Of a DNA stretch of 64,000 nt, positions 51,770 through 64,000 are shown in pieces; the first letter of the stretch is position 1, and each line of letters opens with the position of its first letter. The notes under the pieces were generated by a model. That model ran no database searches. It worked only from the letters and a program-made list of their open reading frames with translations, and was not told the origin of the DNA. Both the position numbers and the translations under genes were made by a program. The stretch lies in contig CM052816.1 in NCBI GenBank assembly GCA_028534125.1, forward strand, positions 65,722,001-65,786,000. Direction: 5' to 3'. This stretch comes from Lama glama (lineage: Eukaryota).

Positions 51770-52720
51770 TGCCTGGATGTCCTACAGTGCAACTGTCAGC
51801 CTGGCTAACCTGAACTCACCGTTCTTCTTGAGTCACCTCTCCTGAATAGAACTTACTTATTCCTCTTCAAGACAATGCTGTTTTCCTGTTTACTTAAACT
51901 CAGAACCTTGGAGTTATCACCGAATCCTCCTTTCTCTCATCACCCTTGTCAGTCAGTCATTATCAAGTCCCTCAAGATTTCCAGTGTAAAACTCAGGCTT
52001 TCCTCTTGCTGGAGAGCTGTAGTAATTTCCTGTTTAATGAATGGGAGTCTCAGTTTCTGGTCTCTAAACATCATATTGTGCCTGTTGTATGCTATTGAAT
52101 TAATCTCCTGAAAATGGTATTTTTATCATATGATTCCACTGTTCAGATCTTTTTTTCATTGCCCATCACCTCTAGAATAAATTCATCTCCTCTATGCAGC
52201 TTTTTTTGACAACTGCTATACCATGATAGCAGATCCCAACGATAACCGCTTGCTTGTGTCACCGTGTCCTCCACCATGACTTCTGCCACAGCCCCAGAGT
52301 ATTATTCCATGTACTAGGGTAAATGTACCCTTAACCCCACAAAGCTATTTTGTTGCCAGATTTGTTTTTTAGCCCTTCCTTCCTTCCTTCCCTCTTTCCT
52401 TCCTTCCTCTCTTTCTTTCCTTTATGTCTTGATATCTCCACAATGCAGCACAGTGGCTCCTTAATAAATTCTCATTTTTTGTATGAGCTATTGAATGACA
52501 CTCCTGTGTCTGGCATTCAAGGTCTCTAAAATTAGCCCCAACCTAGTATTCATGGTCTTGTTTCCTGCTTCTCACCCACATAGTTTATCTCTGGACAAGC
52601 TGGTTTGTAGCTGTCTCACAGATATGCCTTCTCTGTTTCCATCCCCATGCCTCCACTCACCATCCCCTCTCCTGAAGAGTTCCTCTCTCCTCTTGACCTG
52701 CCCAAATTCTACGCTTTTTT
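51770..52720 (+). mobile_element. L2 remnants
   Basis: tcagaaccttggagttatc...cattgcccatcacctctagaataaa...ctggcattcaagg. Confidence 0.6.
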
Positions 52721-55007
52721 CAAGAATCATGCACTCTACCTTGTTGCAGAGTCAGGATTGCATGGCCTCATGGAAGGAGACCAGGCTTGGGGTCCTAGTG
52801 GGTCTGTTTGTTTTCCTGACCAAGTGGCCTACTTTCTCTGAACTTCATATTCTTCCTCTTTGTATTTAGAGTAACAAAGCCCAAGTTTCAAGGTTGTCTT
52901 GAATAGTGAGACTGTTGTGTTGACTGGTATGCAGTGTGGATTCAGACAGAATATGTGAGTTCTGTTATTTTCAGTATGATCATGGGACATCTAATCATGC
53001 AGCTTTTTAGGTATCTTTTCTTGTAAAATTTCGCTGTCATTTGACTCGTGCTACAATATACACTTTATTCCAAACTACACTACAAGTTTCTGGGCTACAG
53101 CTAGCACTAATTGAACTGCAGACACATGTAAAGCAAACATATACGTGTGTATATTAATAGACATCAGAAGAGAGAGGGAGGCTTTCATGTTGATTCATTT
53201 AATCTTCCCAAGAAAGCACCATTCTATGAAGAAGTTAATAATGTCCTTATTTTATCCATAAAGAACTGAGACTTGGAGAGTTTGAGTCCTTCCCAAATCA
53301 ACCCAGATCTTAAAGAGTTAGAAGCAGGAATTTCAAACAGTGTTTACACAGATTCCCCAAATCTGTTTGATTTTATTCTTTCCCACATTTCACGTCTGTG
53401 AGATTCTCTGCCTCAAGCAATATGTATGCTGACCACCTGTCTATTTTGATCTGCATGCAATCACATCCAGGTTCAGGGATTGTGCAGGGAGGGAGATAGC
53501 TTTAGGAAGGGTGCTGCATAGCGGGGGAGGCAAAGGAAGGACTCCTCCAAAAGGACAACTGTGGTATTTTTGTTAGGCCAGTCGGCATTGCTGTCAAGAA
53601 TGACAAATGACGCTGGAGTTCCCTTTTTCTTGAAAAAGAGTAAGAACAGCCTATTAACAAATAAAATTAATACCCATGTACATAATATATAACAAGTCTT
53701 TGCTGCAAGCAATGGTGTTCTGATTGGAAAATCCTAAGATTCAGTTTATTTTTACCCAAATGCTTCCTAGTGTCAGCAAAGTTTAAGATTGGCTGAATTT
53801 CACATCTGGACCATGACATGACATGCCAAAGTACAAAAAACTGGCTATGAAAGCCACAGAATAAAGATGACCTGTGTAAATTATCTTCTTAAGGTTAATC
53901 TTACACACATAGAAAATCCCCTATAACCAATGGAGGGGCAGGGAAATATATGCACAGAACTTCCTAGAGATAGCAGATTATGATTTCTCATTGAGGAATT
54001 CCAGATCTCCCCCAAATTGGTCCTCATATTTTGGTAAAGGACTGAGATAGCTTACTAAAAAGTAAAATATTTTACTTATCACTTTATACTCACTCTGTGT
54101 GCAGTTTGTGTGGATGGTCAAGGCAGAGATTGCCAGTGCAAAGTAAAACCTCTCATTGCTTAAGTTTAGGTTAATCATTAATAGTTTTCCATGGATCAAT
54201 ACCCCTTACAGCAGGAGATGTAGCCATGCTCCCCAACTCATGTTTTTGCCAACTCATGTGAAAAGCCATGGGCCAGACCTGGTGGAGGTTTGTCGTGTGC
54301 AGCTTTGTCATGATCTCTTCTTAGCTCTTCTCTGTGAACAGTTCTTCCCCCCTCCCTTCCCCAGTGCTCCTCAGCCAGCCCTGAGAGGGTAGATGTGGGT
54401 GTGAAATGGGGGGGGGGGATCCTTTTAATACTGTTCAGTTCTTGACTTAAGGCTTTTCTACAATTGAAAGTTTAGCTGTTATATTCCCTGACATGAAATG
54501 GTAGTCAGCAAAAGTAATAACAAGACAACCTAAGTGTGTGACTTTCAAGTAACAGAAGTGATTTTTTTTCAAAAGTGTGAAGCATTGCATTTAATGTGAA
54601 AGATGAGAGATGTTAGTATCTCCTTGAAAACAGCCTGCCATGTTTTTTTCAAAAGAATCACCATTAAGGAGTTGATAAATATTTAAAATTTTAAAGCATC
54701 CTATTAAAATGCATCACAGGAATATAAAGCCTCCTATTCTTATCCCTCTCAATGAAACCCCATTATATTCAGAGGTTGGGTCTGATTTACCTTCACGTCC
54801 CTTGTGTTCCTAAACCAAAAACCGTACAAAAATACATGCTCGATAATTGTTATTTAGTAATTGAATGAATTAATCAATGAAGGGTGTGCTGTTTTGCAGA
54901 GAACACTATTTGGGAAGTTGTGCCTGGCATCTTTAAGTAAAAGAGTACATATTTTCAAGATGCTTAGAGTTGTGTTAAGAATTTTTTTAAATTTTAAACA
55001 TTATCTT

Positions 55008-55436
55008 TGTGACAGACTGAATTTTGTCCCCCCAAAGTTCATACATTGAAGTCCTAGTCCTCAGTACTTCAAAAAGTAACTGTATTTGGGGGTATGATCT
55101 TTAAAGATGATTAAGTTAAACAATTAAGTTAAAGCCAATTAAGTTAAAAGTTTAGGGTGGGCCCTAATCCAATATGACTTGTGTTCTTATAAGAAGGGAA
55201 AATTTGGAAACACAAAGAGAGACACCATAGATGTACACATGCTGAGGAAAGACCATGGGAACACACAGCAAGAAGGCGGCCATCTGTAAGCCAAGGAGAG
55301 AGACCTCAGAAGAAACCCACCGCCTGACACTTTGATCTTGGACTTCCAGCTTCCAGAACTGTGAGGAAATAAATCTCTGTTGTTGAAACCACCCAGTCTG
55401 TAGTGGATGCAATGGCAGCAGGAGACAGCAAATACA
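55008..55436 (+). mobile_element. MLT1B-like solo LTR, full length
   Basis: TG..CA termini, gggccctaatccaatatgac, ttgatcttggacttccagcttccagaactgtgag, AATAAA, and 5-bp TSD ATCTT/ACCTT. Confidence 0.9.
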
Positions 55437-55829
55437 ACCTTTTTAAATTTCTACCTTTGAAAATCCTCTCTTAAAATGATGGTAGAGGAAAAGAAGTGTA
55501 TCAGTCCCCAAGAACAGAGGGATGAGAAAGGAGAAAACTGGAGATGAGCAAGGAGTATTTTAGAAATGGGTAATAGAGAACTGAGATTAGCAAGGTTGAG
55601 AATGCTAATTACACAGTGCCTGCAGAGGAGGGTATCAGGAGAAGCAAACAATTCCCTTTGTGGAAATCTGGAAAGACCTGGGAATTGAGGAACCAAATAT
55701 GCTTAAAAATAGGTGGAGATTGATGGAAAATTTGCATCTAAAGTGGGCTCTTTCACAGACCCTCCTCTCACCCTGCACAGCTAGGAGACCAATTCCACTC
55801 CAACCTCATCAGATCATTGGAAAGATCAA

Positions 55830-56830
55830 TAAGTAAGCAAAAAATTATTATTAAAATTTAAAACAATGATAGATAAATTAAAAAATTCAATGGAAGTGCT
55901 TAGGGAATACTAACATAACTCAAGATTAAGAAAGCTTCCAACAAAAAGATGGGCAATAAAAGTTAAGAAAATTAGACAAACGATTCTATGGCTAAGCTCT
56001 AACTAGTAGGAGTTTGAGAAAGAAAAACTGAGAGAGGGAAAAATAAAGGGAATGAGCTTATCCAAGAAATAACACAAAATTTTCCTCAAACTGAAGAACA
56101 CATTTTTCTTCATTAAAAACACCCATGAATGCTTAGAACAGTGAAGGAAACAGACCCATACAAAAGACATATCTTGACATTTCAAGATACAAATAGTAGA
56201 TCCTAAAAGCATCTTGAGAAGGAGGGGAAAAAGCAAAAAACCCATGGACTATATTTCTGATAAGGGTTCATATAATACTGATTTTATCCTCTAAAAAGCA
56301 CATTGATGATTAGGAGACAATGGAACAATGCATTCAAAATTCTAAGTGAAAATGACTTGCAACCTGGAATTCTAAACCCAGCTAAATCACCAATCAGGTA
56401 TGAGGGAACTGATAAAATAATTGATATGCTTGACCCAGGCAGAAAATATATTACAAAGAGCTTTTTAAAATTATTTTGGAGAGTTCTGGAATAACTGATG
56501 ATAATCCCACATAAAATTAAGCAGATAAAAAAGGATGCAGTTTATAACTCCAGAAAAAAAGAAAGACTAATCAATCAATAAATGAAACATAGTCATGTGA
56601 CACTATTGAGCTTATCAGTAAACATTACTTCTCAGGAATTAAAAGATAAAACCTGAATATCCATGGAACCATCAATTGTTATGTAACTACACTAAGTCAG
56701 GAGGATACAGGGAGGGAAGTGGGGAAGTGAGATGGTGAAAGAGTGTGAAATCCTTATTGTCCATAATGGGAAGTCAGTTAGTGGTATAGAGTTAAATAGC
56801 AGAAGAAAGGACTACAGGGATTTCAGAGGG
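55830..56830 (+). mobile_element. HAL1 / ancient L1 ORF1 remnant
   Basis: ORF 56303-56494 contains RRQWNNAFKILSENDLQPGILNPAKSPIRYEG, which resembles the L1 ORF1p C-terminal domain. The rest is A-rich and frame-disrupted. Confidence 0.75.
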
Positions 56831-58138
56831 AGTGACAGGGGTGGCACAAAGGACCCTGTTTCTAGTTCTAAGCTTTTATAGTACAATGGGGGGGGGTGGC
56901 AATTAGTTAAATGATTCTTTTGTAAATTTAAAAGGAACCAAAGTGACCAAATTTCCAAATATGATAAATGTCCTATGTTTATTAGCATGATCACAGTTAA
57001 ATATCTTGGGTAGGGATTGTTCAATATCTGAGTGGGATATTTCGCTTCCTCCTTAATTTGTGATGGATTTAACATCATTTCTTACTGTAGAGCAGGGACT
57101 GGAGTACTCTTCATTGGCAGATGTGAGGCTGGCTTCCTTGACCTTTCAGGAGAGAGGAGACAAGAACATCTGGCCAGTCAGACCAGCAGACTCAGTGCTG
57201 GTTGATGAGTGAGGTTGTAGACATGGAAGGGAGTATGTTGTTCAGATGTTAGATCATCCTACTGCAGCTCTCTAAAGATGATATCTACTAACGCTTTTCA
57301 CTTCCAGTCTTCTCATGAGTGTACAGGAGACTAATGTAAAACAATCAGGATAAAAAGAAGTCACTCCATCAACTACGAGTTGTTGAATTCACTCTTAGAG
57401 GAGGTAATCCTCCTTACAAAGAGTAAATAAAGCTTAAGAAAGTTGGTATTCTGTGCAGGGCTTTGCAGAATATATCTGGCTTGTTTACTGTCACACCTTC
57501 AGTCTCAGAATTACCATGAGTCAAGCTGTTCCTTGCAGATTCAGAATTTCCTTTACCTCAGAAGCATCCAGAAAAATTGTTTGACCTTCAGCATGGGTGG
57601 CAGAACAGTGCTTTGTCCAAAGGAAGGACTTTCTAGCACGGGATTCACTTGGGTTATTGAACTGCCAGGCTCCCTGAAAGGTATGTTGGGAATGAAGTAA
57701 ACAGAATCTCACGATGTCAGACTTTTCCCTCTAGAGCAGCACAGTTCTGTTGCTGAGCAGGAACAGCCAATGCCTTCGCACTCTCCCCCTCTTTTCTGTA
57801 AATTGAGAAGCTGGGTAGCTGCAAGAGTGACATCAGCAGAGCTAAATGTAAGTGGAGTCTATAAAGAGATGAAGAGCCCAGCAGAAGCTTGTGTATTTCA
57901 GTGTAATTCTCCAGAGTTTCATACTGTATTCCAGAATCCATCTCTCACTTGCCCCTTTCCCAGCTCTGCCCCCCTCACTTGCTCTTTTGCACTATTCATG
58001 TCCATCTCTCTCTCCCCTGTGGGATCACAGGTTCCTGGGAAGGTGGGGCCTATCCATTGCCTCCACCTTGCATTTCTCCCACTGCCTAGTGCACAGCTTG
58101 GACCCTCAAAAAACGGATGTTAAATCGCATTTTCCAGT

Positions 58139-58146
58139 TGACGTCA
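58139..58146. promoter_or_regulatory. Full palindromic cAMP response element
   Basis: Exact TGACGTCA with intact CpG in non-repeat sequence. Function is not shown. Confidence 0.4.
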
Positions 58147-58244
58147 TATGTTGTAAAACACCCTTCACTCAGTGTTAACTCCTTGTGATCACAACCTGTC
58201 TCACACCTGCGTTTCCAGAATGTTTTGTCTATGATCTGGTATAC

Positions 58245-58875
58245 TGGTGAAGGGGCCAAGCTCTGAGCTCAGTATCTGAGTTAAAAATCCCAGCCCTCAC
58301 TTATTAGCTGTTTGTCCTTGGATTCTTAGCGTTTCATCATCTCTAAAACGAGGATGGCAATCTCAGCCTCTGTGAAGACTAAATGAGATGATAGCTGCAG
58401 GGTGGACATTAATGTGCTGGCACATGGTAAGGTCACAATGCTAGCTTTTATTACTATGATTGGTATTGTCCATTATTACTGTTAGTCTCTTCATTTCTAA
58501 ATGAAAATAATGAAAATGATAATGTCAAACTTACAGGGCTATTGTGAGAATTAAAATAGATTATATAAATGTATATATATGTGTATATATACACTATATG
58601 TGCATGTATATACATACACATGTATATGTATATACACATACATACACACATATGCACACATACACATATACATGTATAGTAGTAACTAACACACAATAAC
58701 CACTCATGTTAGCTTTTATTACTCTAAGTATAACTATGAGTAGTAACTATTATTATAGTTTTTTCTTATATCAAAAATGAGGTTGTTGAAAAGATTTTAA
58801 AGTTAATATATTTTAAGGCCTTGGAACTGTGCCTTGTTGATGGTGAGCCCTATACAAGTGTTTACTTTTATTATT
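58245..58875 (+). mobile_element. Head-to-tail cluster of MIR pieces with an internal (TA/CA)n tract
   Basis: At least three MIR 3' halves, ending in tagctttttattact, tagcttttattact and ttacttttattatt. Confidence 0.7.
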
Positions 58876-60642
58876 ATAGTAATAAAAAAAATGATCATAG
58901 AGTAAACATGTGAGATAGTATATGCTCAATAAGTTGTTAATTCACATTTGTATTCATTTCCTGGTGCATTGATAGTACTAATGAAATGAATATTAATGGC
59001 AACACATGCTCTCAGGGTAACATTAATTATCTTTCTACACACTGGGGGTAAAAAAAAATTCAGGATGGTGAAACATCTTAGCCCGGAATTCTGCCCTTGG
59101 ACAAAAGATAAGATGTGAGTGAGGAAAACATGCCTACAGGAATTGTGAGGGTGGCATTTTACCTGCTATGTATAGTGACTTGCCAATTTCCCTTTCACCG
59201 ACTCTGACAGTGACACTGATACTAGTGGAGCAACCTGCATCACGCTGCAGGGGCACATCCCTTCTTCTGAGGCTGCAGGCTTGCCGATGAGACAGGATGT
59301 GTGCTTGATTCCATCTGCTGTCATTTATCTGCCAATACAGACAGCGGGGCTCTCTGGGTCTGTTTGGCAGCCAAAACGACAATCTATCTCTTAGCAACTC
59401 AAAGGAAACCACCTCAGAGCATTAAAGCTGGGAAACACCTTATGATAACTTCACTCTAAAGAAATGAGTATACAAAATTTGAAACACTAAGCTCCCTGAG
59501 GCAATGGCCTTTAATAACAGAATAAAAATGCTTACAGCTTTTATAGACTGAACTTGTTTTAAAGGATGTGGAGAAACTTTTCATCATGTTTATCTTCTAC
59601 TTTTAATTAAAGTACATATTTTCTGGAATATAGCACTTGAGTTTTCATCAAGTTTCAGAGGAAAGCTGCTCTCCGTGGTGCATGCCCTTTGTTGAAGAAG
59701 ATGAATTTTATGTGGCATTTGAATTAAAAATAACCGGTCTTATTTTTAAATTAATATTCTACAAACCAGCAGATAGAACCATCTTGTCTTTACTCAGACA
59801 TTTCCACAGAGTATATATATGTGGTCTGAAAATACAAAGTCAGGAAAGGAAAGGAGGGAATCTTTTCAAATATTCATGGTGCCATTTATAATTTATCTTC
59901 ACTAGAATGAGATTAGCTTGGGTGCAGAATGGGGACAGCAGGGACATACTGTGAGTGTGGAAGCAGCCAGTTTCAATGCACTAAATTATGAACACTTCTG
60001 ATGGCAAAAGAGAGGAGTTTTGACTTTGAATCCCATCCCAACCACTTGACCTATAATTGGAAGTCTCTTTCATACTGTTTATTATCTCTTCTTCTATATA
60101 TTCTTTTCTTGAGATGGTCTTCAACATAATGTGCCTTTTCATAGGCAGTGTATAAACATGAAGCAAAATTGAATCCTCATCTTTGGCATTGACCCCAAAG
60201 TCCTTTTTTGTTATGAGATACCTTCAAATCTGTGTCTTCAAACTCAACGTTTATTCATTGAGATTGGTATATTTCTTTCCACATGTAGATCTTCTGATCT
60301 CTTAGGTTGACTCTTTCCCAAGTTCTCTTTTAACATCAGGAATTACCATTCTTCTAATCAACCAGTCCAGAAATATCATCATTACTCTTTTCTTTCATTT
60401 CCAGGATCCAGAGTATCCTCAGGTTTTATTAATCCTTCCTTCAAGCTCTGCCTCCTCTGTCCTTCATTCCCCAATGTATTAATCTCACGCAGTCCTCGTC
60501 TGTTTATACCTGAATGTGGACAAGAGGTACTAACTGGTGTGTCTGCATATAGGCTCATTACATTAGTCCTACCCACTACTCCCAGGTGACATAGTGAAAG
60601 CTCTCCTCTGATCCTCTTACTCTCCACTCAGGGCTCTCCCAG

Positions 60643-60855
60643 CAGAGATCACAACTTACATATCAACAGGGGTCAGGCAGGTAATACAAAAGGGAGAAGG
60701 CAGGTGGTGATCCTGCCCAGAGGGAAAGTGTATCTTCATCTGCCTGCACAGCCACGTCTAAGTTCCTAACAGTTGTTGCCATGTGAAAACATAGGCCAGT
60801 GTTGGCAGACTTTCTGATTTTTCTAGGAGAACAGAGAAATCAAGACTTTAAAAAA
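60643..60855. mobile_element. MER102-like hAT-Charlie element
   Basis: caggggtcaggcaggtaa...ttgttgccatg...ggccagtgttggcaga...tctgattttt. Confidence 0.65.
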
Positions 60856-60859
60856 AATT

Positions 60860-61740
60860 TTATTCAATAAATATCTATCATAGGCATATTAAATTCCAAA
60901 CTGTATTCTGTATGTTGGGGGAGATACAACAGTGAAAAAAAACTGACTAAAATTCTACCCTCATTATGCTTATATTCTTGTTGAGGGAAAAAGATAAAAA
61001 AAATAGAGAAGAGAGAGAGAGGGAGGGAGAGAATTATTGCTTTTATCATCAATGCTATGAAGAAAAATGTATCAGGAAGAAGTCAGTTGAGTATATGTGT
61101 ACGTGGTGGAATTTTTAAGAAGGGAGGTTAGGAAAGATCTCATTGAAAATGTGGAATTTCGGCAAACCCATGAAGGAAGTGGATGTGTGAGGGAAAAGTA
61201 TTCCAGGCAGAAGGAAAATAAGGAGTCTTGCTGCCATGATGAGGAACAATTAGGAAGCCCCGAGGGCAGGGGCGAAGTAGCAAAGTGGAGCACAAGAGGA
61301 GACAGAGATGGAGATGAAACTTAAGTGGGTGAAGCGGGGAGACGTGGGGGCAGATCAGTGGCAATCCCTAAAGGCCTTTGTGGCTCTTCCTTGTGACCTT
61401 GGTCTTAATGTTGAGTGAAACAAGCAATAAGCCATCGAGGAGCTTTGAACAGGTTTTCACAAGAGGATTCTAACTTCAAATAGACTTTAGAAGGACAAGG
61501 AAAGAAGCAGGGAGATGAGGGGGACACTTCATCATGAGAAATGGTGGTGGTTGACCACAGTTTGGGGCTGAGCAACTGGAAGGATGGAGTTGCTAAAAAC
61601 TGAGATGGGATAAGACATCAGAAAAAGGAAGCTTGGAGAGGGAAGATTAGAAGCTCTGTTATGAACCTGTTAAGATGTTTATAAGGGGATGTTGAGTAGA
61701 TAGTCTGACTTGTAAATTTGAGGTTTAAGGTTGGAATGGA
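60860..61740 (-). mobile_element. L2a LINE fragment
   Basis: ttattcaataaatat...caatgctatgaagaaaa...gtattccaggcagaaggaa...ctgagcaactggaaggatggagttgc. Confidence 0.85.
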
Positions 61741-63339
61741 GGAAAATTCTCAGTTTGGAGTGAGACAGCTAGACCACATGCCTCAGCTCTCTTTCTCCTA
61801 AGATGAACCGTTATTTCCTGGGTTCTTTCTAATTTTTGTTTTCATTAGCATCATCCCTTGGAGAGGCAGAGACTACTCCTCTTATCCCAGTTTATCCAAA
61901 TATGGGTTAAAAAAAAAGCCCTCATTTTTTTGAGTCAACAGCTGAGATAAAGCAGAAATTTTTAAACAAGTCTTTACCAACAAAAAAATATATAAAAGCA
62001 AAATAACATGAGACTAGATCATTTGACTTATTATAGGAGATATTTTACTCAAATTCAGTCCCATATGAGAAAGCTTCCTCCACCTGCCCTGGACAGTAGA
62101 GGTCTTACCACAAGAGAGAGAGCTGAAAGACAGTCTTGTCCCAAGAGACAGAGAAGCATAATGGAGATGCTTTGTCTCCTCTTATGCTTACAGCTCACCT
62201 TCCTAATTCTGAGTTTATGAGGACCTTTCTCTCCCTCTGGTGATTGTATGCTAGGATTTAGTACCACATTTAGGAAAGAAGCCCCTGCCATCAAAATATC
62301 CAAATACAGCACCAGAGTTCCAATACTTTAATAGGAGGCACAAGCATGTATCATCAAGGTAGAGGAATCATTTAATCACAGCATGAATCATAGTATGTCT
62401 TCAGTAAACATTAATTACCTTTCCTTCCTCTGGAAATGACATTCAGTACTCTCTAACTCGCCTAAGACCTTAACTATCTGGAGGCCATTTTCTTGCATGC
62501 CAGGACCACATCATTCCAAGCTTTTTCTTGTGATATTTGCCCTTCCTGGAATATTTCCCCTTACCTTCTTCTCATACAAATCTTGCAGGGCTTTTTTTTT
62601 TTTTAGGTCAGACCAACCCCACAAGATCTTTTATCTAATTGAACCCCACGGTGATGTCACCTCTTCTTTGTACGTCTATGATTTGTCTATACCAATCATT
62701 TTTTTCAATTAAATATACAATAAAATGTTTTGGTATGGAGATGTTGTCTTCCCTGAAAGAAAAGAACCATGATTTTCTCTTTAAACTTAAAAAAAATTCA
62801 TCACCATGCATAACACAGGGCTACGTATGTAGGAGACAAAGAATAATACGGTAATAATCTAGTAAATAATCTGTGAATGTCTGAAATATCTGTTCATTAA
62901 TCCATTCACTCAAAAGACATAAGCACCTTGTCAGGCATTGCTAGATATTCAAGCACAGAAATAAAACAATGATAGAGAACCACTTATTGTGAATACGAAA
63001 GTTTTAGATAAAGAAGAGGTGTTAGAAATAGCTTTTTAAGAAATCGGTTTGGTAAACTCATATATCCAAGATTATAGAGAGCCATCTTGTGGACAGTTCA
63101 GTTTCTCACCCAAAAAACATCTTTAGATAAAGTCTAGCTGCAGAATTTTTTTTTAAGTATATTAAAACTGTATATAATTAAGTATATTTAACCAATTCCC
63201 ATAAGTTAATAGTCTTTACACTATTTCTTTTTATTTCCTTAGCAAAGAAATAATTGTCATACCATGACTTACAACATTTTACATAAAACATCTTTTAGAA
63301 TTGTGGTCAGAAAATAAGAGTCCTTATAGATTACCTCCT

Positions 63340-63501
63340 CCAATGATCAATCACTTTTGGGGCTTTAATGATGATTTGAAAATCTGATTAAATCTATGGT
63401 TTGCTCCCTCGAGAAATGCAAATATACACACAATTTTTCTTTACCAGCTCTCCACAGTTTACTCATGAACCTGTTCATGGACTTCATATTTTAAACTCCT
63501 G
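63340..63501 (+). mobile_element. MER103-like MITE
   Basis: tttgaaaatctgattaaatctatgg...gaaatgcaaatatacacacaatttt...catggac. Confidence 0.6.
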
Positions 63502-64000
63502 TATTTTATGATACACAAGAAGGTATAGAAGATTTTGGGGTGAAAACAAAGATTTGATACCATTATTTCTTCACCCTCAGAGGCTCATCGTCATACAACT
63601 TCATAGAATAGATGAATAAATCATTATGAAATATTTTTCCTATACTGAGTCCCTCAGCTAAGTCTTAATATTTATAGTTTTTAGTTTCTTAAAGTTCCTG
63701 ACATCAACAAAGGTATAATTTTTATACTAGGCTCATGTCATTGTGTCAAAATCCTTGGTGTTTCTTCTCTCCAAAATAAAAGATGTATTTTGGAACTACA
63801 CTTAGCCTTGAACCCACATTCATGGGTAGATGATCCATGGCAGTATGAGGTTGATACATTTGGGGGAAAAGGTCCTTTTTTTTTGTATATACATATGTTA
63901 CCCTACATATAGACATACAATCACACTGCTAGTTCTCTGTTTCCTCTTTCTTTCTCATTAGGAAACCAGGTGCATTCACAAAAGTCACCTCTTTTGGTTG

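Larger units (their letters stand above)
1..64000 (+). other. Long intronic region of a + strand gene (PDE4D-like locus)
   Basis: One first-type exon in 64 kb, no internal coding exons recognised, a + strand recursive splice motif and many old repeats. Confidence 0.6.

Noticed and set aside
54408..54418. G11 run as a functional G-quadruplex
   Set aside because: A simple homopolymer with no supporting context.
56303..56494. Domesticated L1 ORF1-like gene (L1TD1-like)
   Set aside because: Only a short open stretch; the flanks are full of stops and frameshifts, consistent with a decayed HAL1/L1.
419..62854. All supplied ORFs of 60 aa or more as protein-coding genes
   Set aside because: They are short, compositionally biased, often start at non-ATG codons and mostly lie in repeats. 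None resembles a cellular protein. The two with homology derive from L1/HAL1.
6394..63423. About ten scattered ATGCAAAT octamers
   Set aside because: Not clustered, and several are expected by chance in 64 kb of AT-rich DNA.

Overview
AT-rich, CpG-depleted eutherian genomic DNA. It is most likely camelid, based on three Vic-1-like tRNA-derived SINEs and artiodactyl-type L1 3' ends. The window reads as 64 kb of a very long intron of a + strand gene. The one credible coding piece is a 128-nt alternative first coding exon at 34083-34210 (MSLPTGCEYLTPGKVARFRSAVYVHGSPYAINKPIDIKPQRR+CG, phase-2 donor). It is absent from the ORF track, and I recognise it as a PDE4 long-isoform unique N-terminus, most likely PDE4D. 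The most striking non-coding signal is a textbook recursive-splicing module at 3926-4127: branch point, AG-free pyrimidine tract, CAG|GTAAGT, a 144-nt RS-exon with stops in all three frames, and a second donor. A weaker AG|GTGAGT copy sits at the end of an LTR. Other signals include a CTCF site with its upstream motif, a full palindromic CRE, TF-site clusters, a 14-bp minisatellite, and nested retro-insertions including a triplicated target site. Ancient L2, MIR, L3, HAL1, MLT and MER repeats are common. Repeat family names and the gene assignment come from recalled consensus sequences, not from searches. None of the supplied ORFs looks like a real gene.
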